From: an uncultured cyanobacterium
GTDB taxonomy: Bacteria > Cyanobacteriota > Cyanobacteriia > Cyanobacteriales > Cyanobacteriaceae
Reading direction: 5' to 3'
NCBI GenBank assembly: GCA_963749915.1
Contig: CAVVOP010000010.1
Span: forward strand, 1-55,401
DNA length: 55,401 nt
Below, piece after piece: positions 1 through 10,974 of the stretch. Within the stretch, counting starts at the first letter, position 1, and every line of letters starts with the position of its first letter. Under the pieces are notes generated by a model. The model saw only the letters and a list, made by a program, of their open reading frames with translations. It ran no database searches and had not been told where the DNA came from. The translations under genes were made by a program, and so were the position numbers.

Positions 1-1
1 T

Positions 2-78
2 GGGGAGAAGCCGAGATACGCGCGAAATCGGACACTCATATCAAGAAACCATGACATTTACAGTTGAAACGCTGATTC
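2..78 (+). repeat. Tn3 terminal inverted repeat (left)
   Basis: Reverse complement of 3436-3512 with few mismatches; begins GGGG. Confidence 0.93.
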
Positions 79-97
79 TGCTTAGATTTCAGTAAAT

Positions 98-3079
98 CTA
101 TTTTTGTAACAAAGAGCCAAGTTGAAATTGCTCTAATGAAGGAGGTACTTCAGCTAGATTAAGAAGATAATCACCAAATCTTTTCACATGACTGGTTAAA
201 TAAGGACTTAGACAAGCTATATCTTTTTTATCGATTAAATAACCTTCTTTTTGTAATTGCTGTAAAATATTAGTTAACTCCACAACATTATGAAAAATAA
301 CAGCATTAGAAACTAAATCATTGTATTTAATTCTTTTTTCCATTTCTTCCCTATCATTGGTAGCAATAATCTTATCTCCCCCAAAAAATAACCATTTAGA
401 AAAACCATTATAAGCCTCAACTTTATTTGTCGCCGCCGTAATTTGTTGCCTTAATTCTAAATCAGAAATATATTCTAGTAAAAAAATAGTTCTAATCACT
501 CTTCCTAATTCTCTAAAGGCTTTATATAATCGATTTTTTCTACTATAATTTCCTAACTTTCTTAATAAACTAACACTGGATATTTTACCCGTATAAATAG
601 ATAAAACTACCTGCATTAAATCTTGCCAATGAGTCTCTATTAACTGCCAATTAATTGTCTCTGTAAATAATGAATCAATATGTTGATAAACAGTATTTTT
701 ATCATGACGATAAAAAACTAAATCTTTCCAATTTCTAATGCGAGGCATTAACTTAATACCTAATAAATAAGATAAGGCAAAAACTGGAGTACTTTGTCCT
801 TGAGTATCGGCATGAATTTGGTTGGGTTTTAGCTCAGATTTATTCTTAAGTAAACCCTCAATAATATATACTGCTTCCCATGTTCCACAAGGTATAAAAT
901 GACTAAATAAGGCAATATATTTATCCGCAACATGATGATAAGCAATGCCACCATAACCACCATATCTAATATGATATTCTGACAATAAATTTTGTTCTCT
1001 TACATCATACTTAGTACCATCAGCCGCCGCTACATTTCCACTACCCCAAAGTTTAGGTAAATCTAATACATTATAGCGATTAATAATATCATTTATTGCC
1101 TTATTTAAACCATCAGTACTTATATGACGGCGATTAATAAAAGAGATTAATTTTGAGGTTAGGATATCTCTCATGTGTTTTTCAGCTTGAGAAGCCCCTA
1201 AATTGCAACCATAAGTAAAAGTAGTTAATAAATAACGTTCAGTGGGGTTATCTATTTTAGGATCACTACCACTAAGAGGTGCAAAATGTCTGGTAAAATT
1301 AGTCCAATAATCTACATTTTTAAGAATATCTATTAAGTTATAATTAGGCATTCTTTCTTCTATAATAGCTTCCAGATTTTTTAGAGTAGGACTAACTTCA
1401 TTTTTCGTCACTTTCTTTAAAATTGGTTCTCCTTCATCATTAATAATTAAAGTAGCATTATTCGGATAGTTTAAATCAACTTTTTCTGCTGTTTGAATTA
1501 AGAGACTTTTTAAATTATTAACAAAAGTTTGAGCGGTTTTAGCAAAGCCTAAATTTTCACAATATTTATCAGCTACTTTTTCACATTCATCCCAACTTAA
1601 TAATTGTGTTCGCCAATCGGCATATTCAGAACTTCCTTTGATACAAATATCCCCTGATTTTAATTCAAACGCTAGGTAAGAAAAAATACAAGTTTCAAAG
1701 TAACGGCGAAAAAATTTTGTGACCAATTCATTCTGATAAATCACTAACTTTTGCCACTGTTGAGAAGCAAAAGAAATATCCACTTCTCCTGACAAATATT
1801 CGCCTTTTTTATGTTGATTTTCTAATAAAAACCTTAAGGCATCTATTAATCTGTTATCAATACTGGTAGATTCTAATTCTAGAATATTAAGCAATCTAAA
1901 AAATGCACTGCGATGACTTTTATAAAAACGCCAAATAAAAGGCAAATAATTATTTCCTTTATAAGCATTTATAGCTTGGTATTCTTCTAACAATTGTTCA
2001 TAACCACCATAAGTTTTCACCACTGAATATATTTGATTAAATAGGATCTCATTTTGATTTTCTGGAGCATCTTTTTCTAAGCCAAATAAGATTAATATTT
2101 CCCCAAAAGCTGAAATTAATTTTTCGGTTATTTCTTGTTGCTTTTCCTTTTGTTTTTGTAATTCCAGTTCAGCTAAGTTCTGGATTTTTTTCATTCTTTT
2201 TAAGAACATTTCTCCCAAATCATCCCAAGTTTTTTCTTGTTTTCGATGAATTAAACATAGTAAAAGTGTCAATCTTTTGGGTTCGTTTATATCCTTTAAT
2301 TCTGAAGCATCTAAAGAATTGGCTACCCTGGCAAAATAGTCAATTAATGATTTGTTTATTTCTGATAAAAACTGTTCTACTTTTCCTAAAGTATTTAACC
2401 ATTTTTGATGTACTAATAAGTCATTTAGATGATTTCTGGTGGCTTTTTTGGTGACTTTTTTTAGCTGATTATAAGGACTTCTTTGTTCTACTGGATGAAT
2501 TAATAGTAAACTGTTTAAGGTTTCTTTATATTCAGGAGATAATTGATTATTCACTTGTTCATAAATTAGAGAATGAACTAATGTTCTGATTCGGGCTATT
2601 TGTCGCTCTAAAAAAGAAAAAGAGGGTAATTCATATCTTTCTTTGACTAATTCTTCAATGGCTACATTAATTAAGTCCGCAGGATTTCCCATTAAATAAG
2701 CCTTTTCTTTTACCTTAATTTCTAAATATTCTTGGGCTTTGTTGTCAAATTTTTTGACTTTTATTTTCTCTCTAATTAAATGTTGATGGCGATGATAAGT
2801 TCTCGGATTTACATAATCAATTGTTGGTTCTTCAGATAAACACAATATTTTTTTTATATGATTTATTATTGATAAGGGAATCTGTTCAAGTTTGGGGAAA
2901 TATCCTAATCTTTGAAAACTTTTTAGTGCAACTAATAAATTCAAATAATTATTATCATTTCTTGTATGTTCTGTGGCGAAAAGTTTCTCTTCTGTGGTTG
3001 GGGTATAAATATTTTTTAGCTCATTTGGGGTATAATAACGTTTGAAGCGGGGATAAGCAGTTCTTTCAATTGATGCCAC
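98..3079 (-). CDS. tnpA: Tn3-family transposase (DUF4158 + DDE_Tnp_Tn3)
   Basis: MASIERTAYPRF start; AADGT, HADTQGQS, PRIRNWKD and NKVEAYNGF motifs. Confidence 0.96.
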   Translation of the reverse strand: MASIERTAYPRFKRYYTPNELKNIYTPTTEEKLFATEHTRNDNNYLNLLVALKSFQRLGYFPKLEQIPLSIINHIKKILCLSEEPTIDYVNPRTYHRHQHLIREKIKVKKFDNKAQEYLEIKVKEKAYLMGNPADLINVAIEELVKERYELPSFSFLERQIARIRTLVHSLIYEQVNNQLSPEYKETLNSLLLIHPVEQRSPYNQLKKVTKKATRNHLNDLLVHQKWLNTLGKVEQFLSEINKSLIDYFARVANSLDASELKDINEPKRLTLLLCLIHRKQEKTWDDLGEMFLKRMKKIQNLAELELQKQKEKQQEITEKLISAFGEILILFGLEKDAPENQNEILFNQIYSVVKTYGGYEQLLEEYQAINAYKGNNYLPFIWRFYKSHRSAFFRLLNILELESTSIDNRLIDALRFLLENQHKKGEYLSGEVDISFASQQWQKLVIYQNELVTKFFRRYFETCIFSYLAFELKSGDICIKGSSEYADWRTQLLSWDECEKVADKYCENLGFAKTAQTFVNNLKSLLIQTAEKVDLNYPNNATLIINDEGEPILKKVTKNEVSPTLKNLEAIIEERMPNYNLIDILKNVDYWTNFTRHFAPLSGSDPKIDNPTERYLLTTFTYGCNLGASQAEKHMRDILTSKLISFINRRHISTDGLNKAINDIINRYNVLDLPKLWGSGNVAAADGTKYDVREQNLLSEYHIRYGGYGGIAYHHVADKYIALFSHFIPCGTWEAVYIIEGLLKNKSELKPNQIHADTQGQSTPVFALSYLLGIKLMPRIRNWKDLVFYRHDKNTVYQHIDSLFTETINWQLIETHWQDLMQVVLSIYTGKISSVSLLRKLGNYSRKNRLYKAFRELGRVIRTIFLLEYISDLELRQQITAATNKVEAYNGFSKWLFFGGDKIIATNDREEMEKRIKYNDLVSNAVIFHNVVELTNILQQLQKEGYLIDKKDIACLSPYLTSHVKRFGDYLLNLAEVPPSLEQFQLGSLLQK

Positions 3080-3134
3080 TTTTTTTGTTTAATTATTAAT
3101 TGGAAAACTCCAATATTATAAACATGACTCGTCA

Positions 3135-3345
3135 CTAATCTTGCCAAAAAGATTCAAATAAATCTAGATAGTCCCATCTTAATGCTACCAATTCGGCTGT
3201 TCTTAGTCCATGACGAAACATCTCAAGAATAATCGTTGAATCTCTGACTCCATGCCTTCCTACTTTTCGTGCTACTTTCATCATGGCGTTAATTTCATCA
3301 AGACGTAAATATTCTCTTTCTCCCTCAGTCTGTAGTTTACTAAGT
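3135..3345 (-). pseudogene. Truncated tyrosine recombinase (FimB/TnpI-like resolvase) fragment
   Basis: Minus-strand frame reads EGEREYLRLDEINAMMKVARKVGRHGVRDSTIILEMFRHGLRTAELVALRWDYLD*. Box I (GLRxxEL) is present; box II is missing. Confidence 0.75.
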
Positions 3346-3435
3346 TATCTAAAGGATTTTATTAAAGTATTCTGTTTATTAAATCAGTTATGTAATATTA
3401 ATTCTTGTTAAAATAGATTTTCGGAAACCTAACTG

Positions 3436-3512
3436 GAATAAGCATTTCAAACGTAAATGTCATGTTTTCTTGATATGAGTGTCCGATTTCGCGCGTATCT
3501 CGGCTTCTCCCC
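3436..3512 (-). repeat. Tn3 terminal inverted repeat (right)
   Basis: Ends ...GTCCGATTTCGCGCGTATCTCGGCTTCTCCCC. Confidence 0.93.
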
Positions 3513-3892
3513 GGTTAAAGTGGGATGCCATCGCTGATGAGGTGCGTGCTTATTTTAATCAAAGACTACGGGAAAATAGTTTGAAATCTAGTCAGTGGAA
3601 AATCGGTGAAAATCCTGTTTCACGCTTATTAGGTAAAGAATTAGTACTTTTGTCTTGGGCGATCGAGGATGCAGATCCCAATTTAATTCCTGTAGCTATC
3701 AAGAATTGGCTGGGATTAAAGCCTGAAGAACGTTGGTGGTTATTTACTATGACTAATGCGGCTACAGGTCATGCTATTTCAGGACGTAACAAAGGTTGGC
3801 GCAAAGCGGTGCGTTATGCCTTAACGGAAAATCCTGTTTCTGGCTATATACCTCAAACTGAGGCGATAGAAATGCCTTTATTTAATTTGTAA
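3513..3892 (+). pseudogene. DUF3780 anti-phage-associated protein, 5'-truncated by the Tn3 insertion
   Basis: FNQRL...W..G.NPV.RLLGKELVLL.WAIE...NWLGL.PEERWWL motifs. The ORF start at 3479 lies inside the transposon IR. Confidence 0.82.
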
Positions 3893-3980
3893 TCTCCTAA
3901 AATTACGGTTTTAATATGATTTCCCGATTTCTTTTGATGTTAAAATTAATTTGATATACAACAAATAATATCAAAAGCAA

Positions 3981-4553
3981 ATGTCTGTTGAATTTAGGTT
4001 TCATTCTAAAAAAGCTGTTGAGGCCGCAGCATTACTGTTAAAGTTGCATGGTAAGCCAATGAGGTATTTGGGCTTACTAAAAATGCTGTATATCGCAGAC
4101 CGTATTGCTTTAGAACGCATGGAACAGCCCATTACTGGGGATGATTTCGTCTCAATGAAGTATGGACCTGTACTAAGTGGCGTTTATGATTTGATCAAAA
4201 ACCAAGAAATAGATGATGCTTTATCTATTTGGCAGAAGTTTATATCTCATGATGATAACGATAAAAACTTTCTTGTTTTATTAGAAGAGCCTGAAATAGA
4301 AGAGCTTTGTGAAGAAGAAGAAGACATAATTAAAGAAGTTTACCAAGAATTTGGACAGATAGATCCTTTTGCTGTAGCAGAATGGACTCATAATTTTGAC
4401 GAGTGGCAAGATCCTAAAATATTTAATAAAAAAGTTATCCCAATTTCTATCAATGACATTCTCAAAAATGTAGGTAAAACTGAGGAAGAAATAGAAATGA
4501 TTCGGCAAGAAGCCCTTCGTGAAGCTTATTTAGATGAGGTTCTGAATGGCTAG
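3981..4553 (+). CDS. Panacea (DUF4065/SocA-like) antitoxin
   Basis: LLKMLYIADR...PITGD...MKYGPV...THxFxEW motifs. Confidence 0.85.
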   Translation: MSVEFRFHSKKAVEAAALLLKLHGKPMRYLGLLKMLYIADRIALERMEQPITGDDFVSMKYGPVLSGVYDLIKNQEIDDALSIWQKFISHDDNDKNFLVLLEEPEIEELCEEEEDIIKEVYQEFGQIDPFAVAEWTHNFDEWQDPKIFNKKVIPISINDILKNVGKTEEEIEMIRQEALREAYLDEVLNG

Positions 4554-4941
4554 TATTGAGATTAATTTAGGAGATGCTTTTTTACTGGATATTCCTGCTA
4601 CTGGTAATGAACATCTTTATATTGCCATTGCCAAAACAACCGATGATAAATATTTATTCGTCAATGTAACAACTCGCAGAAGTAAATCAGACACTACATG
4701 TATTTTAACCCCTGGAACCGATGTTCCCAGTTTTATTAAACATGAATCGGTCATAGCGTACAAATTTGCCCGTGAAATGGATGGAACTCAACTTGCTAAA
4801 CTGATAACTCCAGGTAGTTCCGTTCCTAAAGAATCTTGTTCATCTACTATTTTGAATCAAATACAACAAGGCGGTTTGATTTCTAAACAATTACCGAAAA
4901 AATATAAAAAGGCTTTAAAAAAATTTTTAGGAGTTGAATAA
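4546..4941 (+). CDS. Putative toxin partner of the Panacea antitoxin (possibly PemK/MazF-like fold)
   Basis: Overlaps the panA stop; HLYIAI...VNVTT...D.TCIL.PG...FIKHES pattern. Confidence 0.55.
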   Translation: MASIEINLGDAFLLDIPATGNEHLYIAIAKTTDDKYLFVNVTTRRSKSDTTCILTPGTDVPSFIKHESVIAYKFAREMDGTQLAKLITPGSSVPKESCSSTILNQIQQGGLISKQLPKKYKKALKKFLGVE

Positions 4942-5170
4942 AACTATGAAAATAGAACTTAGCAAAATTGAAGATAATCCCAAAATTTTAGAAGAATTAA
5001 CAGCGGAAATACAAGAACTAATTATTACTAAAAATAATGAACCAATTTATAAATTAACGAGAATTAATCGATCTAGTAAAAAACGTCGTACTCGTGGTAG
5101 TGCAAAAGGTTTGATTACTATGAGTCCTGATTTTGATGAACCATTAAGTGAGTTTGCGGAGTATATGTAA
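4934..5170 (+). CDS. Phd/YefM-DUF2281-type antitoxin
   Basis: LIITKNNEP; C-terminal RGSAKGLITMSPDFDEPL; directly upstream of a PIN toxin. Confidence 0.85.
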   Translation: MNKTMKIELSKIEDNPKILEELTAEIQELIITKNNEPIYKLTRINRSSKKRRTRGSAKGLITMSPDFDEPLSEFAEYM

Positions 5171-5556
5171 TGCAATTTTTGTTGGATACTCATACTTTTC
5201 TTTGGTTTGTCAATGAAAGTGAAGAAATACCTGAATATCTTTTTAATTTATTAGAATCTGATGTTGATTTATTATTAAGTATTGCCAGTCTTTGGGAAAT
5301 AGCTATCAAAGTTAGTATTAATAAGTTGACTTTACCTAAGAATTATCAAGAATTTATGAATGAACAAATCGAGATTAATGATATCCAAATTTTACCTATT
5401 TCTTTATCTCATTTGAGTTTAATTACTACTTTACCATTGCATCACAAAGATCCCTTTGATAGATTAATTATTGCTCAAGCTATAGAAAAAAATATTACTA
5501 TTATTAGTAAAGATTCTGCTTTTAATTCTTACACTGAAATTAAAACCATTTGGTAA
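5170..5556 (+). CDS. vapC: VapC/PIN-domain toxin
   Basis: LLDTHTFLW, SIASLWEIAIK, HKDPFDRLIIAQA motifs. Confidence 0.92.
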   Translation: MQFLLDTHTFLWFVNESEEIPEYLFNLLESDVDLLLSIASLWEIAIKVSINKLTLPKNYQEFMNEQIEINDIQILPISLSHLSLITTLPLHHKDPFDRLIIAQAIEKNITIISKDSAFNSYTEIKTIW

Positions 5557-5621
5557 TCACAATTAACTAATTAACTCAAAATAATGTCAAAATTAGTTTA
5601 ACCAACAAAAATTAATAATTC

Positions 5622-6188
5622 ATGGCAATTCGTCAAAGAAAATTATTAGCTAATCATTATTATCATATTTATAATCGGGGAAATAATCGTCAAAATATAT
5701 TTTTAGAGCAAGAAAACTATTTTTATTTTCTCAGAAAAATTAAATTATATTTTTCGGAAGATGTAGAGATATTATCTTATTGTTTAATGCCAAATCACTA
5801 TCATATTTTGGTTTATTTAAAGAATAATAATTTTTCTCAAATAATGCAAAAATTTACTATTGCTTATACTAAAGCGATTAATAAAAGATTTAATCGAGTT
5901 GGTAGTTTATTTCAGGGAGCATTTAAAGCTATTAATATTTCTACAGATGAATATTTATTGCATTTATCTCGATATATTCATCTTAATCCTGTTAAAGCGA
6001 ATTTAGTTAAACATCCTCAAGATTGGCAATTTTCTAGTTATTTAGAATATATTGGTTCGAGAAAAGGTAATTTACCAAAAACAGATAAAATTCTTAGTTA
6101 TTTTCCCAATCAATTAGATTATCAAAATTTTTGTGAGTCTTATCAATCTGAACAGGATAAAATAATTAAGCATTTAATCTTGGAGTAG
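5622..6188 (+). CDS. REP-associated tyrosine transposase (RAYT, Y1 HUH)
   Basis: YHIYNRGNN, CLMPNHYH (HUH) and YIHLNPVKA...W.FSSY motifs. Confidence 0.9.
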   Translation: MAIRQRKLLANHYYHIYNRGNNRQNIFLEQENYFYFLRKIKLYFSEDVEILSYCLMPNHYHILVYLKNNNFSQIMQKFTIAYTKAINKRFNRVGSLFQGAFKAINISTDEYLLHLSRYIHLNPVKANLVKHPQDWQFSSYLEYIGSRKGNLPKTDKILSYFPNQLDYQNFCESYQSEQDKIIKHLILE

Positions 6189-6190
6189 TC

Positions 6191-6300
6191 AGAAATCGGG
6201 TTTATAAAATAAAAGCCCAAACTCTTTGATAAAACATAAAAAAACCCGATTTCTCTCTCAAAACCCGATTCTTGATAAAATGAGGAGAAATCAGATTTCT
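6191..6300. repeat. REP-like palindromes downstream of RAYT
   Basis: AGAAATCGGGTTT (6191-6203) pairs with AAACCCGATTTCT (6242-6254); further copies at about 6261 and 6286. Confidence 0.7.
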
Positions 6301-6347
6301 TTCTCTGTGGTAAATTCACACTATATTACCTATAATTTTTTACTCAC

Positions 6348-6399
6348 TTCATAATTCATAATTCATAATTCATAACTCATAATTCATAATTCATAATTC
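6348..6399. repeat. Heptamer STRR array (TTCATAA)n
   Basis: About 7 tandem copies directly before the DUF1156 start. Confidence 0.9.
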
Positions 6400-6401
6400 C
6401 T

Positions 6402-8628
6402 ATGCCCTCATTTATCGAAGTACAATTTCCCGTTTCTAAAGTATCCAAAGAAAGCTACAAAGAGCGTAAAGCTGGTGCAGGGCAAACTTTGACGGGGTTG
6501 GGTAAATGGTGGGGGAGAAAGCCCTTAATTTTAGTGAGGGCGACAATTTTAGGGTTATTATTACCTGCTACTGATAACCCTAAAAAAGATAGGGAAATTT
6601 TCCTTAAAATTCTCACCATGGATGAAGAAGGTTTATGGTTAAGAAAGTCTAAATCTATCCCTTTAAAAGTTCTTTATAGTCTCGCTAATAGTCAACAGAA
6701 ACAAGAATATTTTAGTCCTGATTCTACTGAAGAAAAACCTAAATATAAATCTGGTTTAAAAGCAGAAAAAAAGACAGAATTACAGAAATTAATCTTTAAT
6801 CAATTATCTTATGATGAGAAATTAAATTATACCGATCGCCCTGAACAAATAGACAATATTCCTACAGAAACATGGCAAGAAATTAACGAATATTTAGCTA
6901 CAAATGCCACAAATTTATCAGAGTTAATTCAACAACTAGGTGTTAAAAAATTTGGGCATATTCCTAAAGTTGGGGATGCTTTTTGTGGCGGGGGCAGTGT
7001 ACCTTTTGAAGCGGCCAGAATCGGTTGTGAAGCTTACGGTTCAGACTTAAATCCTGTGGCAACTTTATTAACCTGGGCGGCGTTAAATATTGTTGGTGGT
7101 GGTGAAGAAGTGGCGAAAACGGTACGAGAAGCACAGGAAAAGGTATATAACGAGGTAGATAAAATCATCACTGAATGGGGTATTGAACATAATAGTGAAG
7201 GTTGGCGTGCTGATGCTTATTTATACTGTAATGAAACCCGTTGTCCTGAGTGCGGTTGGTTAGTGCCTTTAGCCCCTAGTTGGGTAATTGGTGAAAAGAC
7301 AAAGACGATCGCTCAATTAATTCCAGCCCCCCAGCCCCCAAGTTTGGGGGAGAGTAAAGAGAAAGTCCTTACTATTGGGGATTCAGGTTCTTCTCAGCTC
7401 CCACAAAGTAGCAATGGTATGTCTCTACAAAAGGGGGAAAATATACCAGGATATTTCGACATCATCATTAAATCAGGGGTATCTAAAGAGGAATTAAAAG
7501 AGGCAAAAAATGGTACGGTAAAAAATTCGGCTTTACATTGTCCTCATTGTCAAATGTCCACTCCTATAGTTATGATTCGAGGGGATAGAAAAACTGAAAA
7601 TGGCACAGAGTACGGGTTAAGATTATGGGAAAATGATGATTTAATACCTCGCCCTGATGATGTTTTTCAAGAGCGTTTATATTGCATTCGTTGGGTTGAA
7701 ACTTATATTGATGATAAGGGAAAAGAACAAACAAAACGTTATTATTTAGCCCCTGATAAAGAAGATTTAGAGCGAGAAAAAGAGGTTTTACAATTATTAA
7801 CAGAAAGGTTTAAAATTTGGCAACAAAAAGGTTATTTACCTAGTCGTAAAATTGAATCAGGATATAACACAGATCAACCAATTCGTGAAAGAGGTTGGAC
7901 ACATTGGCATCATTTATTTAATCCGAGACAGTTGTTAACTCATGGTTTATTATTGGCTACGGCAGATAAGTTTGATGTCAAGGGCGATCGCTTGTCGAAA
8001 AAATCGGGCGATGCAGAAAAATCGGCACTTTCTGAGATTGACTCTTTAAATCAAGAAAATTTGAAAAGTGATTTTGGAAGGGGCGATCGCTTGTCGAAAA
8101 AATCGGGCGATGTAGAAAAATTGGAACTTTCTGAGATTGACTCTTTAAATCAAGAAAGTTTGAAAAGTGATTTTGGGGATAAAGCTGAGGACGCTGTAGA
8201 AAAATCGGAACTTTCTGAGATTGACTCTTTAAATCAAGAAGGTTTGAAAAGTTCCGATTTTTGGGATGACGAAAAGGAAAAGGCGATCGCTTTTAACACT
8301 TCATGGCAAAAACTATTAAACTCAAGTATATTACTAATTAAAAACTGCTACTCAATTTGGGACAAAATTACTGAATAAAGAAAGTATTTTTAGTACCTCC
8401 TTAGTCAGAAATGCCTTATTTGCCATTCGGGAAGTGGTGCGGAGTGAGGAAGTTTCATCGGGTAAAAATTGGCTGAGAAACGAGGTTTTAGACTATTGGA
8501 ATCAACGTAAAACTCTGGTGGAAATCCTTAAATATCTGGCGATGGTGGGTAAAACAATTCCCCATTGGGAAAAGGATGCGGATGCCTCTCGATTATTAGC
8601 TGGGGCGGTGGAAAATGATAGCGTTTAA
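6402..8628 (+). pseudogene. DUF1156 adenine methyltransferase of a restriction-like system, internally deleted
   Basis: GLGKWWGRKPL, DAFCGGGS (motif I) and CPECG/CPHC are present, but no DPPY motif. The frame ends after a repeat block at 8378, and a C-terminal remnant resumes at about 8390-8628 (SLVRNALFAIREV...HWEKDADASRLLAGAVEND). Confidence 0.8.
7982..8265 (+). repeat. 99-bp tandem repeat (two copies plus one partial) inside the DUF1156 ORF
   Basis: Units start GGGCGATCGCTTGTCGAAAAAATCGGGCGATG at 7982 and 8081; SEIDSLNQE is encoded three times. Confidence 0.9.
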
Positions 8629-8791
8629 GATAAAAATATCTAATCTATTTTCTTTTTATTGAAAACAACTGAAAAACAATAAAAATAAAGTGGTACGTTT
8701 GAACGCCTTTAAATTCTGTAAAATTTGAGCTAGAAACAGACTTAAGCCTGTATATAATTACTGAATATGTTAATAAAAAAATTTATAACCC

Positions 8792-8992
8792 ATGGCTGTA
8801 AAATCTAGAGCAGAAGAAAAAATTATTGAGTTGCTTCAAACGGAAGGCTCAATGAGCGTTGATGAATTAGTTGATCAACTTTTTGACGATTATCAAATCA
8901 CCGAGCGAGAAGTAAAAGAAACGATTCTCAAATTGAGAGAGGAAGGGCAAATCCAACCAGATCGTCAATGGAAAATGGAGTATGTAGCTTAA
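8792..8992 (+). CDS. Small winged-helix protein upstream of the dGTPase
   Basis: 66 aa; IIELLQTEGSMSVDEL...ILKLREEGQI wHTH pattern. Confidence 0.55.
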   Translation: MAVKSRAEEKIIELLQTEGSMSVDELVDQLFDDYQITEREVKETILKLREEGQIQPDRQWKMEYVA

Positions 8993-8994
8993 AC

Positions 8995-10331
8995 ATGACA
9001 TCTAAACGTCAACAACGTCAGCATAATCAAGATAAAAAAGGAGATCAAAGAAATGAGTTTCAGATAGATCGAGATAGATTGATCTATTCTTTTGCTTTTC
9101 GACGTTTAGCTCAGGTAACACAAGTTGCTAGTGCTAAGGAAGGAAATGTCTTTCATAATCGTCTTACCCATTCTTTAAAAGTTGCACAAGTCGGTAGAAG
9201 ACTCGCTGAATACTTAAAATCTGAAACTGATGATGACTTAGTCAAAGAATTGGTGAATTAGATGCTGATGTTGTTGAAACTGCTTGTCTGGCTCATGATT
9301 TAGGACATCCCCCGTTTGGTCATGTTGCAGAAAAAGAACTGGATCAAGTAGCCAGGAAAGCTGGATTATCTGATGGTTTTGAAGGTAATGCACAAACCTT
9401 TCGTATTTTAACCAGATTAGAACCTTATAAACCAGAATATCCAGGTCTTAATCTGACTAGAGCTACATTAAACGCTACATTAAAATATCCTTGGTTTCGT
9501 GATAAAAATAATCTTCAATCAAAAAAAGGAAAAAAATTTTCGGTTTATGAGCTAGATGAAGAAGTTTTTAATTTTGTGAGAGCTGATGAAACTAATCAGC
9601 AATCGGAGCATCTTACTTTAGAAGCTAGTGTAATGGAATTTGCTGATGATATAACTTATAGCGTTCATGATTTAGAAGATTTTTATTTAGCTGGTTTAAT
9701 TCCTATCAATGTTTTAGTTCAAAAAGAAGAAGAATGGCAAAATTTTCTCCAAAAATGGCTTGAAAGCGATCGCCTTACTGATGAAGATATTATAAATAAA
9801 ATACAAGAACCAGAAGAACAAGAAAGATTAAAAACATTTCTTTCCACATATATACCTCCTAAATACAACCCCGGAACAGCTGACGAAATTACTTATGTCA
9901 GGGCAAACAGTTCTTTGTTAATACAAAGATATATTCACTCTGCTTCCATTTCTCACAATTACGGCAAATATGGTTATTTAGAACGAAAGTTAGACGAAGA
10001 AATAGAACTAGAATTATTACAAAGATTAGTGTGGAAATATGTTATTACTAATCCTCGTTTAGCAACTCAACAACATGGACAAAAAAAAATTATTCGAGAG
10101 TTATTTGAAATTTATCAAGAGGCAATAAAAAATAATAGAATCAATTTAATACCTTCTCGATTTTTAAAAGATGGCTCCATTGAAAAACTACTAAAAGATG
10201 GTGAAGAGTCTCAACAAAAAATAAGATTAGCGGTTGATATAGTTGCTAGTATGAGTGAATCAGAAGCCGTATTAATGTATCGTCGCTTAACAGGTTTAGA
10301 ACAAGGATCAATCATGGATTATATCGGTTAA
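8995..10331 (+). pseudogene. dgt: HD-domain dGTP triphosphohydrolase (one frameshift at about 9250; possibly a sequencing error)
   Basis: FQIDRDR..S.AFRRL, HNRLTHSLKVAQ, then in the shifted frame CLAHDLGHPPFGH, FEGNAQ, KYPW and ADDITYSVHDLED. Confidence 0.88.
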
Positions 10332-10974
10332 TTTTAACGTTTTAAATAAGTCAATAAAAATCTATTTTTAAAAATCAAATCGAAAGATTATTGACAAAAA
10401 TAATTAATATTAAAAATTTATTTCTATGACAATTAATCGATTTTCTTCCCGTCAAACCCCCTTAGATGAATCCTTTTTAAATGCCAGACTCAAAGGAGCA
10501 ACCCAATACGATCGCATTGCGGGTTATTTTAGCTCCTCCATCTTAGAAGTAGCAGGGGAAGCGATCGAAACTATGACGGGAAAAATCAGGATTATCTGTA
10601 ACTCCGATTTAGAAATTAAAGATGTAGAAACTGCTCGTGCCGCTAATTATGCCCTCAGACGGGAATGGTGTGCTTTTGAACCAGAAAAATTAGATCCTCG
10701 TAGTAAACCCAGATTAACCAGACTTTACCAGTTTTTAAGCACAGGGAAAATGGAAGTAAAAGTATTACCCCGTGATAAATTTGGTTTAGTCCATGGTAAA
10801 GCTGGAGTGATTACCTTAGCCGATGGCAGACAAACCAGCTTTTTAGGCAGTACCAACGAAACCTATTCAGCCTGGAAACTCAATTATGAACTACTCTGGG
10901 AAGACGATTCGGCTGAGGCTATTGCCTGGGTGCAAACAGAATTTGACAGTCTCTGGCAAAACCCCTTAGCCGTT

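Larger units (their letters stand above)
2..3512 (-). mobile_element. Tn3-family transposon (tnpA plus a remnant tyrosine-recombinase resolvase)
   Basis: 77-bp inverted repeats starting GGGGAGAAGCCGAGATACGCGCGAAATCGGACACTCAT at 2-78 and 3436-3512 enclose a 993-aa Tn3 transposase. TSD cannot be checked at the window edge. Confidence 0.93.

Noticed and set aside
3479..3512. ORF-track start of the 137-aa protein
   Set aside because: It lies within the Tn3 IR; the real gene is 5'-truncated.
7982..8265. Possible CRISPR array
   Set aside because: Whole 99-bp units are duplicated in frame, with no unique spacers.
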